Shown here: positions 35,501-48,012 of the stretch, piece after piece | Position numbering within the stretch: position 1 is the stretch's first letter | How the letters are laid out: the number at the start of each line of letters is the position of its first letter | Source: Azolla caroliniana | Taxonomy: Eukaryota > Plantae > Polypodiophyta | Direction of reading: 5' to 3' | Length of the DNA: 64,000 nt | NCBI GenBank assembly: GCA_043228905.1 | Contig: JBHGNT010000003.1 | Span: forward strand, 19,778,001 to 19,842,000 | The notes under the pieces: model-generated | What the model was told of the DNA's origin: nothing | The model's input: the letters and a program-made list of their open reading frames with translations, nothing else | The model's database searches: none | Made by a program: the position numbers and the translations under genes

Positions 35501-36534
35501 ATCAAATACGTATATACGTGACCACATATGCCTATATTAACATATCGTTATATTAAATAGCCACAAATGATGTGATCGAGATACGTAATCGAGGTATATA
35601 CCTCTACGCACACGAAACATCCACAAATAAGAGATCATCGTAATACGCAATTGAGGTATTGACCTCTTACGCATACGAGATTAAACGCATATCGTTTACA
35701 ACAAATCAAGGTATTAAACTCATACGCAAACGTAACATATGTTCGTGAACGTAATACGTAACCTCGTACGCATACGACACTCATCACATATTATTAATAT
35801 GTCAAACGAGGTATTGACCTTGTGCACATATGTAAACGTTTTAGATAATCAATTAAAGACCACTACAACATCATTGACTTAATGAAAAAAAATGACATAT
35901 AAACTAAACACATGATTAGATGGGAGAAGAGAGAATAGAAAAAAAAATTACGAAAAGAGTTACCGAAGTTCTTTGTTGATCGTTTGTCTGAATCAAGGCC
36001 GACCGCACATCGATCGATCACCATCAATCAAAAGACAAAAGACAAACAAAGAAACATTAGTACATAGCTCTAATACCAAATATTAGAGATCTAGGTACTA
36101 AAGTAAGCTTAAGATAAGGATAAAGTAATGATAGATAGAAAGGAGAAAGAGAAAGAAGGGTGCCGATCCACCTGACCACCCCCGAGCGAAGGGATCGAGA
36201 TGGACTCGGGCCTCGATCGGCGTCCCATACCACCGTCGTGGCGTCGAGTCGTACCTGGTGCGGGCGCGCTTGCTACAAGAGTTGACCCACCACAAGAGCA
36301 GAGTCTCGATGTAGTCAAAAGATGATGAAATGAGGGTAGTTAGGCCTCTTATTTATAGCGATACCCAAGGCCCCCAGGCAAGTTTACACTTGACCTAATG
36401 GGTTGTCTCAATCCCAAGGATTAAAAGTAATCCTCCCCTTCTTTACATTCTCGTTTAACCCTCACACTTCACGTGTATAGAATACTACGGTAAATTCTCA
36501 CCACGGGATATTAAATGGTCATATGCACGTAACA
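29550..36534 (-). mobile_element. Ty3/Gypsy chromovirus D nested in C; LTRs 29550-30004 and 36081-36534
   Basis: PBS-iMet gctctaatacca (~36067-36078), PPT 30005-30016, gag [14 protein letters not shown], protease FLFDSG, RT FLDDIL, RNase H ETDASD, integrase ISMDFI and chromodomain PERILD...KW...DATWE. Confidence 0.93.
30017..34416 (-). pseudogene. pol: gag-pol of element D, with frameshifts and stops
   Basis: Collinear ORF pieces 32458-34008, 31669-32397, 30881-31201 and 30017-30751 follow the order gag-PR-RT-RH-IN-chromodomain. Confidence 0.9.
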
Positions 36535-38044
36535 TGTTGCACCAATCCACCATTAGATTGTGTGATTCCAACCAGGAGAGCCCTAAAACAATCGGATGTT
36601 GAGGAGTTGCAATGAGGTAGAATGTTAATACCTCATGGTGGAGCCCAACTTGAAGTACCAACGAGATAGTGGCTTCAGTAACTGCCCCCGAAGAGAGGAC
36701 CTATCCGTCGATAGCTTCAACGGATATGGGTTGTGTTGTGCGGACGGTGGGGATTTTATGTGCTTGGACGAACGCGATATCGATGAAACAAGTGGATGCA
36801 CTAGAATCGAGCAAGGCATGGGATTAATTATTGAAATAGACCCAAAACTAAGACTTACTTGCAACGTAAAACCTCCTGCTCGCGTAACTGAATTGTAGGA
36901 GCACAGAGAAGTAGGGCGACGGGATATTTCCAACGGCATGGCTCCTACTGCAGCCAGACTTGCTCGTTTTCATGTTGTCCAGAAACCTCCGCAAGACGTG
37001 CATGATCGTTTTCTTGTTGTCGAGAAACCTCGGCAAGACGTGCACAGTGGGATAATTGATGACGAGGGTTGCACATCGGGCAGTGGCGGATGACATGGCC
37101 GGGGGCACCACAATAGAGGCAAAGGCCATTGTCATGTCGATGTTGCCGTTGGACATCGGTTAATGGTTGGAACCGAGCATGGTCGATCTCCATTGGGGTA
37201 CGAGAGTCGACCTCCATCGGGGTAAGAGTATCATTGGAAGATGGCAACTGTGGCGTGCTTGTCGAAATTGATATATATGGCCTTGCGAGTGGAGCATTGC
37301 AGAAGGAAGACGGAAAGCCTCGAGTCCCCCGTTCCTTTTGTCGAAGCTCGAAAAGACGATTATCACATTGAACGGCTTGGGAGATTACCTGGGACAATGA
37401 TGTGGGCTCCGGAAAGTTTAAGAGAAGAGTCTTAACATCATTTCTGAGGCCTCGACGAAACTGGTCGCATAAAGCTTGGTCATCCTAGCTGACATTGCAC
37501 GCGATCTGACGAAACTCTGAAGCATAGACGGAAGTTGGACGAGATCCTTGTTGTAAGGAAAAAAGTTTCATGAGAGTCGTTCGTCGCCGATCTGTCTCTC
37601 CGAATGTGGCTTCAAGCTCCGCAAGGAAGGCAGGAAAGTTGTCTAAGAGTGGGGATGATGTCTCCATCAATGGTGCAAACCATGCTTGTGCCAGCCCCGA
37701 GAGAAGGGTGCCAATGAGGCCGACCCGAGAGAAATCACTAGCATAACGTTGGGGTTGTAAACAGATGATAAGCCGAATTTGATTGATGAAGCCACGAAGA
37801 TGCGCCCTTGAGCCGTTGAATTTGTCAGGTAGGTTGACATTAGGTTCGAGGACATATGAATGGGAAGAGAAAGGGGTTGGGTTAGGTGCTAACAGAAGGT
37901 GAGGCTCAACGGGTGGAGGGTTTTTGGCTGTGCTATTTTGAAGCTCTCATAATGATTGACGAAGGCTTTCATTTTCTAATTGAAGTTGTTCCAAGGCTAC
38001 CATTACTTGGCTTAAGGCTGAGTCGAACATGGTAACAAGAAGAG

Positions 38045-38056
38045 AAGGTGAACAAC
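38045..38056 (-). promoter_or_regulatory. Self-priming PBS of element C
   Basis: The minus-strand PBS GTTGTTCACCTT is complementary to AAGGTGAACAAC at 38230-38219 in the LTR, about 32 nt downstream of TATAAAT. Confidence 0.8.
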
Positions 38057-38518
38057 TTGTCACGGACCGGTAGACGAGGACAAGGACAAGTAAGCGAGCT
38101 AAATATTAAGAGAGAGCGAAAGATAGATAAGAGGGAGAGAGTGTAGACAAGAGAACAAGAGAGATAGAGGGAGAAGGTAGACAAAGAGTAAGAACTAGAT
38201 TATGCTTCCGTAACTGGTGTTGTTCACCTTGATTGTAATCAAGGTGCACTGAAGTATTTATACAAGAATGTGGTGGTATGCATGTAAGCTAGGAAACATC
38301 TAGAGAATGCATGGAAACTTCTAGAGAGTGCATGAAGGTGCATTCTCTAGAAGTTTCTTGAAAGTTCTAGTGATTAACTTACAATGTAATAAGTTGAAAT
38401 TTATACAATATAATAATGCATAGATGGAATGTAGCTCAATTGCTAAGGTTGCCCAATAAGACCAAGAGGTCATGGGTGCAACCCCCTACATTCCATCGTG
38501 TCTATCGTGTCTATGACA

Positions 38519-38900
38519 CCATGTACGGTCCTCATCGGAGATTAGAACCACAAGTGTGAGTGACCATGTGTGGCCCTCACCGAAGACTAGAACACTGACA
38601 GACGTGAGCGACCATGCAACCCTCATCAGGAACTCGAACACGGACGGGCATGAGCAACCATGCGCGGCCCTCACGGGGAACTCGAACATGAATGGGTGTG
38701 AGCGATGATGCGGCCCTCACCGAGAAGACAAATGGGCATGAGAGACAATGTTGTCGTCACCGGGAACTGGAACATGAACGGGAGTGAGCGACCATGCGGT
38801 CCTCACTGGGAACTGGAACACGAATAGGAGTGAGCGACCATGGGGTCCTCATCGGGAATTGGAACACGAACGGGAGTGAGCAACCATGCGGTCCTCACAA
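38519..38900. repeat. Imperfect ~40-45-bp tandem repeats (continuing 18750-18842 across element C)
   Basis: gagcgaccatgcggtcctcac.gggaactggaacac recurs about 9 times here and about 2 times before 18843. Confidence 0.85.
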
Positions 38901-39308
38901 AGAATACTATGAACTTAGGGAGCTATGGAGAGCATGAAGACAGAGATGAAGAATGAGACAAGATGGAATGGAATAAGAATACCAGATTGATGTGTCAATG
39001 ACTGGCGTTGAATCCCTTAAAAGGGACCAAGGAGGTTACAAGTATTTATATAGGTTCCGATATTGAATATCTCTAGAATATACCCGACAAATATCTCTAG
39101 AATATACCCACCTAGATTATACCATAGAATATTTCTAGAATATACTAAAGACTAGAATATTCTGGAATGTATTATATGCTAGAATAACAATACTAAACTA
39201 TTATATGCAAAAGCTCATATCAAAATGGCTAGGCATGACATCTTGTAGATGTGAGGTTGTAGGTTTAATCCTCAGTGAGTACATATTTGATGTCAATGTG
39301 TCGTGACA
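38900..39308 (-). mobile_element. LTR-like segment of family E
   Basis: Homologous to 18400-18737 and ends tgtcgtgaca. Confidence 0.6.
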
Positions 39309-41320
39309 GGTCACTTGTCGAGACACATGTACTATTTAATAAGCTTTTAGTCCAAGAACAAGCCTCCATTCTTTGAATGCACTGATTGCAGGATATGTCG
39401 AGAATGGGAAATTTGGAGAAATGCTCAATCAAGTCCATCAACCGGAGGATTGGATTCATGGCTAGCCATTGTTTTACACAAGACAGGCTTTGAAAGTATA
39501 GTCACTTCCTTTCCATCTATTTTGAAGTTGATATGCTTTTTAAAACTAATGGAAGGAATATGTTCTTTTGAAAAAGAAAAGCTTATCCGCTCACATATTG
39601 TTATTATAATATTCATTTTTTCAGCCACAAAATTGTGATGAAGTGTTTTTGGAACACTTCTCTCAAGCCTAACACCATGATCATGACAATAAAGCTCAAG
39701 TTGACCTCAATATTCACAATCATTTTTTGTACAAATACATCTACTAAGCTTCCTTGAAGATTCTCTTTCAACACTTCCATGAAAACTCTTAAAGATATCA
39801 ATTAATACTTAATCTTTCAATTTTCTCGAGAAATCACCAATGAATGTAGCGACATATAATGCACTACCAAGAGTTTTATCTTTCATAGAACACAAATCAA
39901 TACGCAACAATTCCAATGGATGGGATTTTAGTTTCAAGTGTAAATGTTGTAAAGGAACTTTGCATTATTTACTAGCCAAACAATCAACACAAGTTTCCAA
40001 ATGCATATCTATTATCTCAGGCATAATATTCTTCCTTGTAGAATCGCTAGTCCTTTTTTACTCATGTGCCCAAGTCTCTTGTGCCATAGCTCAATGGAGA
40101 CATTCTTGTTAGCTACATTTACCTCTCTACCAGACACCATAACATGCATAAGGTATAAAGAGTTTAGTTTCTGACATTTTGAAATGATTGGAGAGGCTTT
40201 GGTGAGCTTCCATCTTCTTACACTCAAGTGATTTGGATAACCCTCATCATCAAGCTTACTTATAGGGATGATATGCATACGAACATTCGAAACATAACAT
40301 GCATAAGGTACATAGAGTTTAGTTTCTAACATTTTGCAATGGTTGGAGAGCCTTTAGTGCGCTTCGAATCCTGGATCTTCTTATACTAAAGTGATTTGGA
40401 TAACCCTAATCATCAAGCTTACCTATAATGATGATATCCAAACAAATATCTGAAACATAACATGCATAAGGTATAGAGAGTTTAGTTTCCAATATTTTGC
40501 AATGGTTGGAGAGCCTTTAGTGAGCATCCATCTTCTTATACTAAAGTGATTTGGATAACCCTCATCATCAAGCTTACCTGTAGAGACGATATCCAAACGA
40601 ACATCCAAAACATGTCTAACATCGTTCAATACAAGTTTACAACCTATGTCTGTCATGAAAATGGCATTATGTATGCTAATAACCTTTGTCACACCCTAGT
40701 TCGCCATTTCGACTCTACGAAAGTTATTGGCCCACATATGATGTAAACATATTGCATCATCAACCAGTGGGACTATGAAGCGAGTACAGATATGGGCTAA
40801 TAGGATACAAGGCTCTAATTTGTTAGCATGCTAAATTAACACAAGCATCATCACAAACAATGATATTTTCACCATCACATCTTTCTTATTTTTGCACTTA
40901 GACCTCCCCTTCGAGGTATTTCTAATATTTTGCGAATTCCTAATATTGCTTCTACCTATATTTGAGGTGGTTTTTGTGACTAATGCTTTATGCTCATATC
41001 TTGAATCATGATTCAAGCTCTTTTCATCTTGGTTCTTCATTAAGCAAACTAGAGTTAGGATATCCCATGTTAGCATTCCTTGTGGTGTGGAATTCCCAAG
41101 TGTCACCACAAGTGTATCCCCACAATTGGAAGAACGCCTATCAATAATAAAGCCAATACCTCATCTACTAGAGGTATGTCTAGGGAGACACTTTGATTGA
41201 TCAACCTTTGAAATACATTCATGTGCTTTGCCATACTAGATCCATCTTTGTACCTCAATCTTACTATCTTTTTTAATACAAAAACTATGTTCAAGGAATT
41301 CTTAGTATCAAACCTTTGAG
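39309..41320 (-). pseudogene. Highly degenerate Ty1/Copia gag-PR-IN remnant
   Basis: KKIVRLRYKDGSSMAKHMNVFQ (gag), LNDVRHVLDVRLDIVSTGKLDDEGY, LWHKRLGHMSKKGL (pre-integrase) and an NGGL..M integrase remnant. A ~150-bp segment is triplicated at 40130-40600. Confidence 0.8.
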
Positions 41321-41339
41321 ATTTCAGTGGTAGACATCA

Positions 41340-41957
41340 TCGTGCAGTCCTGAAGATACGCGTGCATGCGTGCTTCACTTGAGTGGGACCACCGGGCTCT
41401 CGGATCGGGGAGGACGTTCGCGAAATTGTCGAAAAGATGACGACGTGTATGTAGGAGTCGAGGAAACTAATGTCACACTTAAGAGGATCAAAGATTTTTA
41501 TACTTGAAAAGAAGATAGATGTCAAGAAGAAGAATAAGAAGAGTATTATATTATTATTATTGATTATGAGGATGATGATGATCTCCAAATTGACCCCCCC
41601 CCCTTTACACAAGCCCAACTAGAGCCTTTTATAGGTCTCTCCATGCTTGTTACATGCACAAAACCATGGTTTTGTGCACACGGTTTTGTACGTCTGTTTT
41701 CTATGGAATACTAAATATGACGAGGAAATATACAAAATCTAAAGCACTTATTAGTAGCTTTAGTGGTAAGCTAATTGCTTCCTATCTTGGAGGTGCAAGG
41801 TTCAAATCTTACTTGCACCCCTCTATACGCACTCAATGCCATTACGCCCTAGGTTTATTTATTATTGATTTATTTTCATTTTTACAAGTATTCGTGAAAT
41901 GTGTGTGTATCCTCACTTTTTGACTTTTTCTCGCACTAAACACACCACATCACGACA
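41340..41957 (-). mobile_element. Probable solo LTR with a tRNA-like segment (41752-41820)
   Basis: Ends ...catcacgaca and has a minus-strand TATAAAA near 41626-41632. Contains TAGCTTTAGTGGTAAG...GGTTCAAATC. The left boundary is unclear. Confidence 0.45.
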
Positions 41958-41984
41958 GCGTGGACAACACTTATCTCAAGGTAT

Positions 41985-42600
41985 GTTGAGCATGGGTGGG
42001 GATACAGGAGAAGAAGCACTCACATATTGGGATCAAATGATAGTAGATGGTATGGCTGGAAATGTCCTTGCATATGTCAGCCTATTGAATGCATGGGCCA
42101 TTGTTACGACACAGTTAAGAGGCCAGAATTCCCATTTTGAAATTTGAAAATAAGGGTTAGCAACTGATCCAAGTGTATGCATCAATCTCATAGACATGTA
42201 TGTGAAATGTGGCTATTTTGAAGAAGCACTGAATGTATTTGATTGCCTTCAAAACATAGATGTAGTGGCATGGAATACACTTATAACGTGGTATCTGGAA
42301 CATGGACTTCTAAAGGAAGTGTTTTTTGCTTTGACCAGATGAAAATGATGGGCATATCACAGAATGCAGTCACTTTTCTTTGTATGTTAAGATTTGGAAA
42401 AGCTAAACAAGTGTTGGAAGGGCTTCGTATTCATAAAGTTGTCTCTTGGAATGCACTAATGTTTGGATACGCCATTCATAAACAAGGTCATGAAGCTTTG
42501 GATTGTCTTGAACGTATGCAAAACGAATGTGTCTTTCCCAATGTTATCACTTTTTTCTTGCATTTTGAAGGGTTTTGGCAGCATGAAAGAGATTGAGCAG
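41985..42600 (+). pseudogene. PLS-class pentatricopeptide repeat (PPR) gene fragment
   Basis: EEALTYWDQM, LIDMYVKCGYFEEALNVFDCL...DVVAWN and VVSWNALMFGYAIHKQGHEALDCLERMQNECVFPNVITF, with frameshifts. Confidence 0.85.
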
Positions 42601-43229
42601 GGGAAACATGGACCATGTCACAATTGTTTTTAAATGCATGACTTCCTATTCCTATCTTACAAAATTGCACAACAATGCCAATATCCAAAATTTCATCATA
42701 GTCACCATGGAATCACTAAACCATCAAGTTTACAACAAACTTGGTACCAAGGGGAAAATGTTAGATCACAATACACTTGAAAGAAAAAACGAAATCAGTA
42801 TCAGTGGATGTTTGAAGCATGTCTCCTTCATATTACATCAAAATCAAACCACCATCGATATCACTTATTGTTATCCTAATTCCATCCACATGTACTCTGA
42901 GTCTCTGACACAACACTTAGAAAAAGTTAGGAAGGTTTATGTGCATGTGTGAATAGTGCATGAGATTGATGGAGGAGAGAACTCTTCCACAGATAACAGA
43001 AGTAGGGCTTTGGTGCCGGTCAAGATCAACATTGTCTCAAGCTTCGTACTCACATTTATGTCTCCCTTTGTCTCTTGTATTTTTTATCTGTCTCTCTTTT
43101 GCAACGCCAATGTATCATAACATGGGAAAAATGTAGAGGCATATTATACTACATATATTGCACATACTACAAAATCATATTGTTCCCTGAACCGAGAAAC
43201 AATACATATTGATACAAGTTAGAGCCTAT

Positions 43230-43560
43230 CCCATTGTTTATTGTCTTAGCCATCACTTTCATGCGACTTCCCTCACTTTTTTTGCAATATGAGATACGGG
43301 ATTGGGGCACAATTGATGAGAATGGTCGACTATGCACACTTTGCCGAAAACAAGTTTGGGAGTTGGAGTATCACATTTTGATAGAATGCTCTACCTTTGA
43401 TACTATTCGGCTATGCTTTCCACACCTCTTAGACAAATCCAATTGTTGCACGAATTTCTATCACAATCACACTGTGCACTCCGAATTGCAACATTCATCG
43501 GTAAAGTTCTTAAATATCGAGAGTTGCTACTCAATTTCACATGTATTACTTGAAATGTAA
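43230..43560 (+). mobile_element. LINE 3'-end remnant (C-terminal CCHC zinc finger)
   Basis: RLCTLCRKQVWELEYHILIECSTFDTIR fits the Cx2C...E.E.H....C...R motif of non-LTR ORF2 C-termini. Confidence 0.6.
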
Positions 43561-43819
43561 TATTTTTGGTCTCATTGGCCATATTTGATGTCTAAAGACA
43601 ATAACAGAATCTCTCTCTCTCTAGATCTGTGTGTTTTTCCACTCTATTTTCTAATATTTAGATTTTGGTTTTGTTTCTTTCTCTCTCTCTTTTTTCTACG
43701 CTACCCCTAGAGAGTGGCATATAAAGAATAAGTAATGATGAAATTACACAAATATCCCATACATTAGTTTGTAGTTGTGGGTTCCACTTGGGTGGAAAAT
43801 ACCGCACATTTGTTACTAT

Positions 43820-46060
43820 TGGAACTTTATTGGCAATAAGTAATTCAGCTGTTCATGGTAATCAGAAGTGATGTGTTCAAAAAAAATTATACAGTTTTGG
43901 GATATTTTGGGATGGATATTACAAACATATATAATTATCATAGAGTCTAACAGTTACTTATAAATCATATGCTTGTCAATTTCATGAAAATGTGATCAAT
44001 TGATAAGTCTCCGGCCTCATGTTGCAAGTTGCAATGGATTTTATATTTCGTTCTCTAATATAGAATTTCTTTGTCATTTTGATCTTATATAATGCAACAT
44101 GTAGACAATGACCAATGACATTCCGAGATTATTTCATCGTTTAGTATATCAATATACAAATGTCTCAAATGGATGCTATGATAAATTTATTTTCCTCCAA
44201 GAGATGGCTTCTACATATATATGTGTCTTAGATTATAATTAGTAAAGGACATTTTTGTCGTTTTCAACTTTTTAATTATGGAAAGTCATCTATCTGTAAA
44301 GTTGATTCCAATTTCTTCAAGGAGAAAGTCTTAAGGGAATGGGTGGATATATGTGATATGAGACTCTAGAAGGGGAGGAACCAATATTGTTGTCATCATC
44401 AATAATAGTGTCAGTTGAAATAGTAATGAAGTAATATACATATCAATCTTAGCTTAAAAACTAAATTACATTCAAGGGGTGGTTATGGTCATACATTTTC
44501 TCAATTTATAAACGTTAATCATTAATATTTTGCGGAATTAATGTTTAGTAGTATACTATTAGGGAAATGATGCAGTTGTAAGAAGGTGTTATAATTGTGT
44601 TAGGTGTAGGTACAAATTTTAGAAGTTGATTCTCAATGAATTTATGGGTAGGATAAGTCAGACACCTATTATCTTATTAGGAGTTGAGACAACGTTGTAA
44701 GCGAGAACCATAGGATTGAATGTTTAATGTTTATTGTGGTGTCAAATTTCCATGGACGTGATCCGAAAGTGTGCTTAGTTGTAATGAATAAATAATAAAT
44801 TTAATTATAGTTTATGTGATCTCAAATGAGAACCACTAGGAATAATATTGATGTTGAATGGATTAGTGTATGTCATCCGTGAGCCGAAAACCGATAAGAG
44901 AATGCATAATTTTCAGACTTTATTGGTAATATTTGGCGGTGATGATTAATGGACTTTCGATGCTCATGGTAATAAGACCTTATGTGCTCATGGATTGATA
45001 TAAACAAATATAAAATCATTATAGTCTAACATGTTGCAAATCATGTGCTTCTCCATTTCATGTGGAATCATGTGATCAATTGACAAGTCTAAAGTTGCAA
45101 GGTGCAATGGATTTGACAGTTTCGTCGTTTAATATAAAGTATCTTCGTCGTTTCGATCTTATCGAGAACATGTAACATGATGATGTACAATGACTTTATA
45201 ACATATCATTTCATCATTTAGCATATCAATATATACAAATGTCTCAAATGGATATGAAATTTCCCATGAACAGTTTACTTAAATAACTTGTCTCTTAGAT
45301 TTTTATTTTTATTTTTAGTAAAGCATTGCCATCACTCTCAACTCTTGAATTGTTGAAAGTGATCAAGATGCAATGTTGATTCTAATTTCTTAAAGGAGAA
45401 ATTCTTAATGGAATGGGGTCGGATATAATATGGAAAGGAACATAAATCCTACTCGTTGGGGCAGACAATTTTATTGCCATCATTATTACTCCCTTCTCCA
45501 TTACTTTTTTTTCCAAAAGAGAATATACTCCATTAGTTAAAATATACATGAACACGATCCCTTCTCCATTACTTGTTTCTTATATTAGTGATAGTGAGTT
45601 CAAGCATTAATCAAGTCATAAAATACATGTAGACCTTAGCAAAAAAAAGTTAATCACATTCTAGTGGTCGGCATGGCTATCATTGCCTCGATCATTTATG
45701 AACGTAAATCATGAACATTGTTGAATTTAATGTTTACTAATATAATGTCAGGGAAGTGATAGAGTAATAAAGGGACATTGCCTTAGGTACAAAATTTAAA
45801 AGCTAATTTTCAATGTATTTGTGGGTAGGATCAGTAAGAGACCTATTATCTTATAAGGACTTGAGACTACGTACAAGTGAAAACACGATTGAATGTTTAT
45901 TGTGGTGTCAAATATCCATGGATGTGATCACAAAGTGTGTGTACTTGTAATGAATCAATGGTTATTCTTCTAGTGTTAATGCGAAGGTCGGTGATCTCAA
46001 ATGAGAACCACTAGGAGTAGCTGATGTAAGGGGATCAATGTTGAATGGGTTAGTGTAAAA
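43820..46060. repeat. Older diverged ~1.1-kb tandem duplication within the dirigent downstream region (also ~51490-53730)
   Basis: gtgatcaattga.aagtct at 43992/45072 and gatctcaaatgagaaccactagga at 44818/45992. Confidence 0.75.
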
Positions 46061-46446
46061 ACACCAAGAATATATTTAATTTTCACACTAAACATATTAT
46101 ATCTTGACACATGAATACACATCTTATTGCTAAGTATATTGATATTGGATGGCCACTAAAATGTGACAACAAAATGAGTAAAACTCGAGTGTACTAGAAT
46201 AGGTTTTACTTAACAAAAATTACGTTTTATTGAATATGCTGGACTATACACAGCTTTTCAACAAAGAATCAACCCAATTTGTTTTTGTTGAATGTCATGG
46301 AAATGTACATATCTTTTCTTGAAATGAAGTTCGAAACAATTTATTTTATTTGAATATGCAAAGATTTGGGCGTAGGTTTTTTCAATGTCGGGATCGAAAC
46401 AATACATACTAGAAGATTGTGTTGTTAACATGCGGTCCGTCAATCT

Positions 46447-46986
46447 CTAGAGGAAGTGAGAGTCATGATAAAAGGTGTACACATTGTTGGGCGCAACACG
46501 GGCGAACGAGATGAGCGCATAGCCATTGGCACCGCGGAAGGTCCCGGTACCGCCCACGATGGCCACTTCATTGGTACCCGAAGTGCCGACCAGCCCGGTG
46601 ATCACAAACGTCCCGTTGTGCTTGCCGGTGCCATCGTTATATTCTATGACCACCGTCTCGAGGCCACGTGCCACGCCCGTGAGGTAGCTCGTCTCGATCG
46701 TGTAGCCGCGGCTATACCCGAGCTGCTTCGAGGTCACGTTGATGGCTTCGGTGACATTGAGCGCGAAGAGGACGCCCGACCCAAAATTGGCAGAGAAGGA
46801 TCGGTTGAGGGCTGGCAAGAAGTTCGGGTTCGCATTGATGCCTCCAATTTGGATGTGCACATAGTAATTCAGGACAAAAGGCTTGTAAGTAGATTTCTTG
46901 GCCTCTACTTGCATGGTGGTGGTGCCCATGATGGCAAGGAGTACAAGGAACACTCCAAGTGCCATAGGTACATAGTTGGATGCCAT
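46447..46986 (-). CDS. DIR: Dirigent-like secreted protein, 179 aa
   Basis: Signal peptide, intronless, motifs NGTFVITG and NEVAIVGGTGTFRGANGYA, several N-glycosylation sequons, TATA near 47107-47113. Confidence 0.88.
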   Translation of the reverse strand: MASNYVPMALGVFLVLLAIMGTTTMQVEAKKSTYKPFVLNYYVHIQIGGINANPNFLPALNRSFSANFGSGVLFALNVTEAINVTSKQLGYSRGYTIETSYLTGVARGLETVVIEYNDGTGKHNGTFVITGLVGTSGTNEVAIVGGTGTFRGANGYALISFARVAPNNVYTFYHDSHFL

Positions 46987-47554
46987 TAGGTCTATATCTC
47001 TCCTTCTCTCTTTCTCTTTCTCTTTCTCATTTGTTGAATGACTTAGTGAATGTTCTAATGCACTTGTTATATAATGTGTGGAGATGTGAGATCTAAGTCA
47101 TGCCATTTATATACCATCCACATACACACACACACACATAGACACACACCCCCCCTAGGTGTGGTCGTCGACTCAAACGAATACCACACGGTTTTCAAAA
47201 AGTCACACCCCACACATTTTGTAATTGCGGTCATTGACTTTCATCTATATTTAATGTGTAATGAATTTGTGAATCTCGAGAACTTTATATCCACCTCAAT
47301 ATATTTGTAAACGTATTGTGATCGTCATCATAATTTCTACCTTTCCTATGTAGGCGAATGCATACCCCATTCATTTTGATGACTTCGTATTAGAGTGTAA
47401 ACTTCTCCATTTATTTTACTAAGACCAAATGGTCGGAACAAGGAGTGCGTAGGGATAGGCACGCGACGAGTAAAGGGTGCTTAAGCTAAACAAGAGAAAG
47501 TAGGCAACATACACTAATGAGAGAGAGAGAGATGTTTTAATTCAAAGAGGGTGG

Positions 47555-47609
47555 TGGTCTTAGGCAAACTAGTTTCGCTCCATAGTGGAGCTCTTCAGCG
47601 CAAAGACCA
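47555..47609 (-). ncRNA. Minimal type I hammerhead ribozyme
   Basis: UGGUCUU-UGCG-CUGAAGA-GCUCCA(CUA)UGGAGC-GAAAC-UA-GUU-UGC-CU-AAGACCA: conserved core, 6-bp stem II, palindromic stem III and bulged stem I. Confidence 0.8.
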
Positions 47610-47844
47610 TTACAACAAGAGAATGTGATTAATAAAGGGGTGGGAAGGAAGAGGGAGTGAGAGAAAAGGAGTGGGGAGGATTTGATTTGTGTAGTAGATG
47701 AGATAAAATAGATGTGGGGATGAGAGAGAGAGAAATGTGTGTATGAAAGTGATAGGGAATGAGAGAGGGGGAATGAGTGTAATGATGATGGTGAGGGGGG
47801 AGTTCTTAATGTGATGAAAAAGGGGGATTTAGCATGGCAGTATA

Positions 47845-48012
47845 ATATTAAGTGGGGGATGTGGGTGAATTATTTGAAAACTTAGTGTTAAATGGGGGAT
47901 GTGGGTGAATTATTTGAAAGCTTAGTGTTAACTGGGGGATTTGGGTGGATTGTTTGAAAACATAGTTTTAAGTGGGGGATTTCGGTGGATTTTTTGAAAA
48001 CTTAGTCTTAAC
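47845..48012. repeat. ~40-bp tandem repeats (about 4) in the Penelope-like element's 3' UTR
   Basis: aagtgggggat.tgggtg.att.tttgaaaacttagt.tta recurs. Confidence 0.85.

Larger units (their letters stand above)
18843..38518 (-). mobile_element. Ty3/Gypsy chromovirus C (Tcn1/Tf1-like, self-priming), degenerate; LTRs 18843-19312 and 38058-38518; TSD CCATG
   Basis: Near-identical TG...CA LTRs with CCATG on both sides. gag with a CCHC knuckle at ~36945-37990, protease ~36540-36940, RT fragment 28850-29485, integrase 27731-28430 plus 19400-19780, and a truncated chromodomain (EEYEVDQILDSR) abutting the 3' LTR. Confidence 0.92.

Noticed and set aside
38519-38900. CRISPR-like look of the ~42-bp periodic repeats
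   Set aside because: No unique spacers, no cas genes, and a eukaryotic LTR context; these are ordinary degenerate tandem repeats.
46456-46989. Plus-strand 177-aa ORF (and 54126-54701)
   Set aside because: Antisense shadow of the dirigent CDS.
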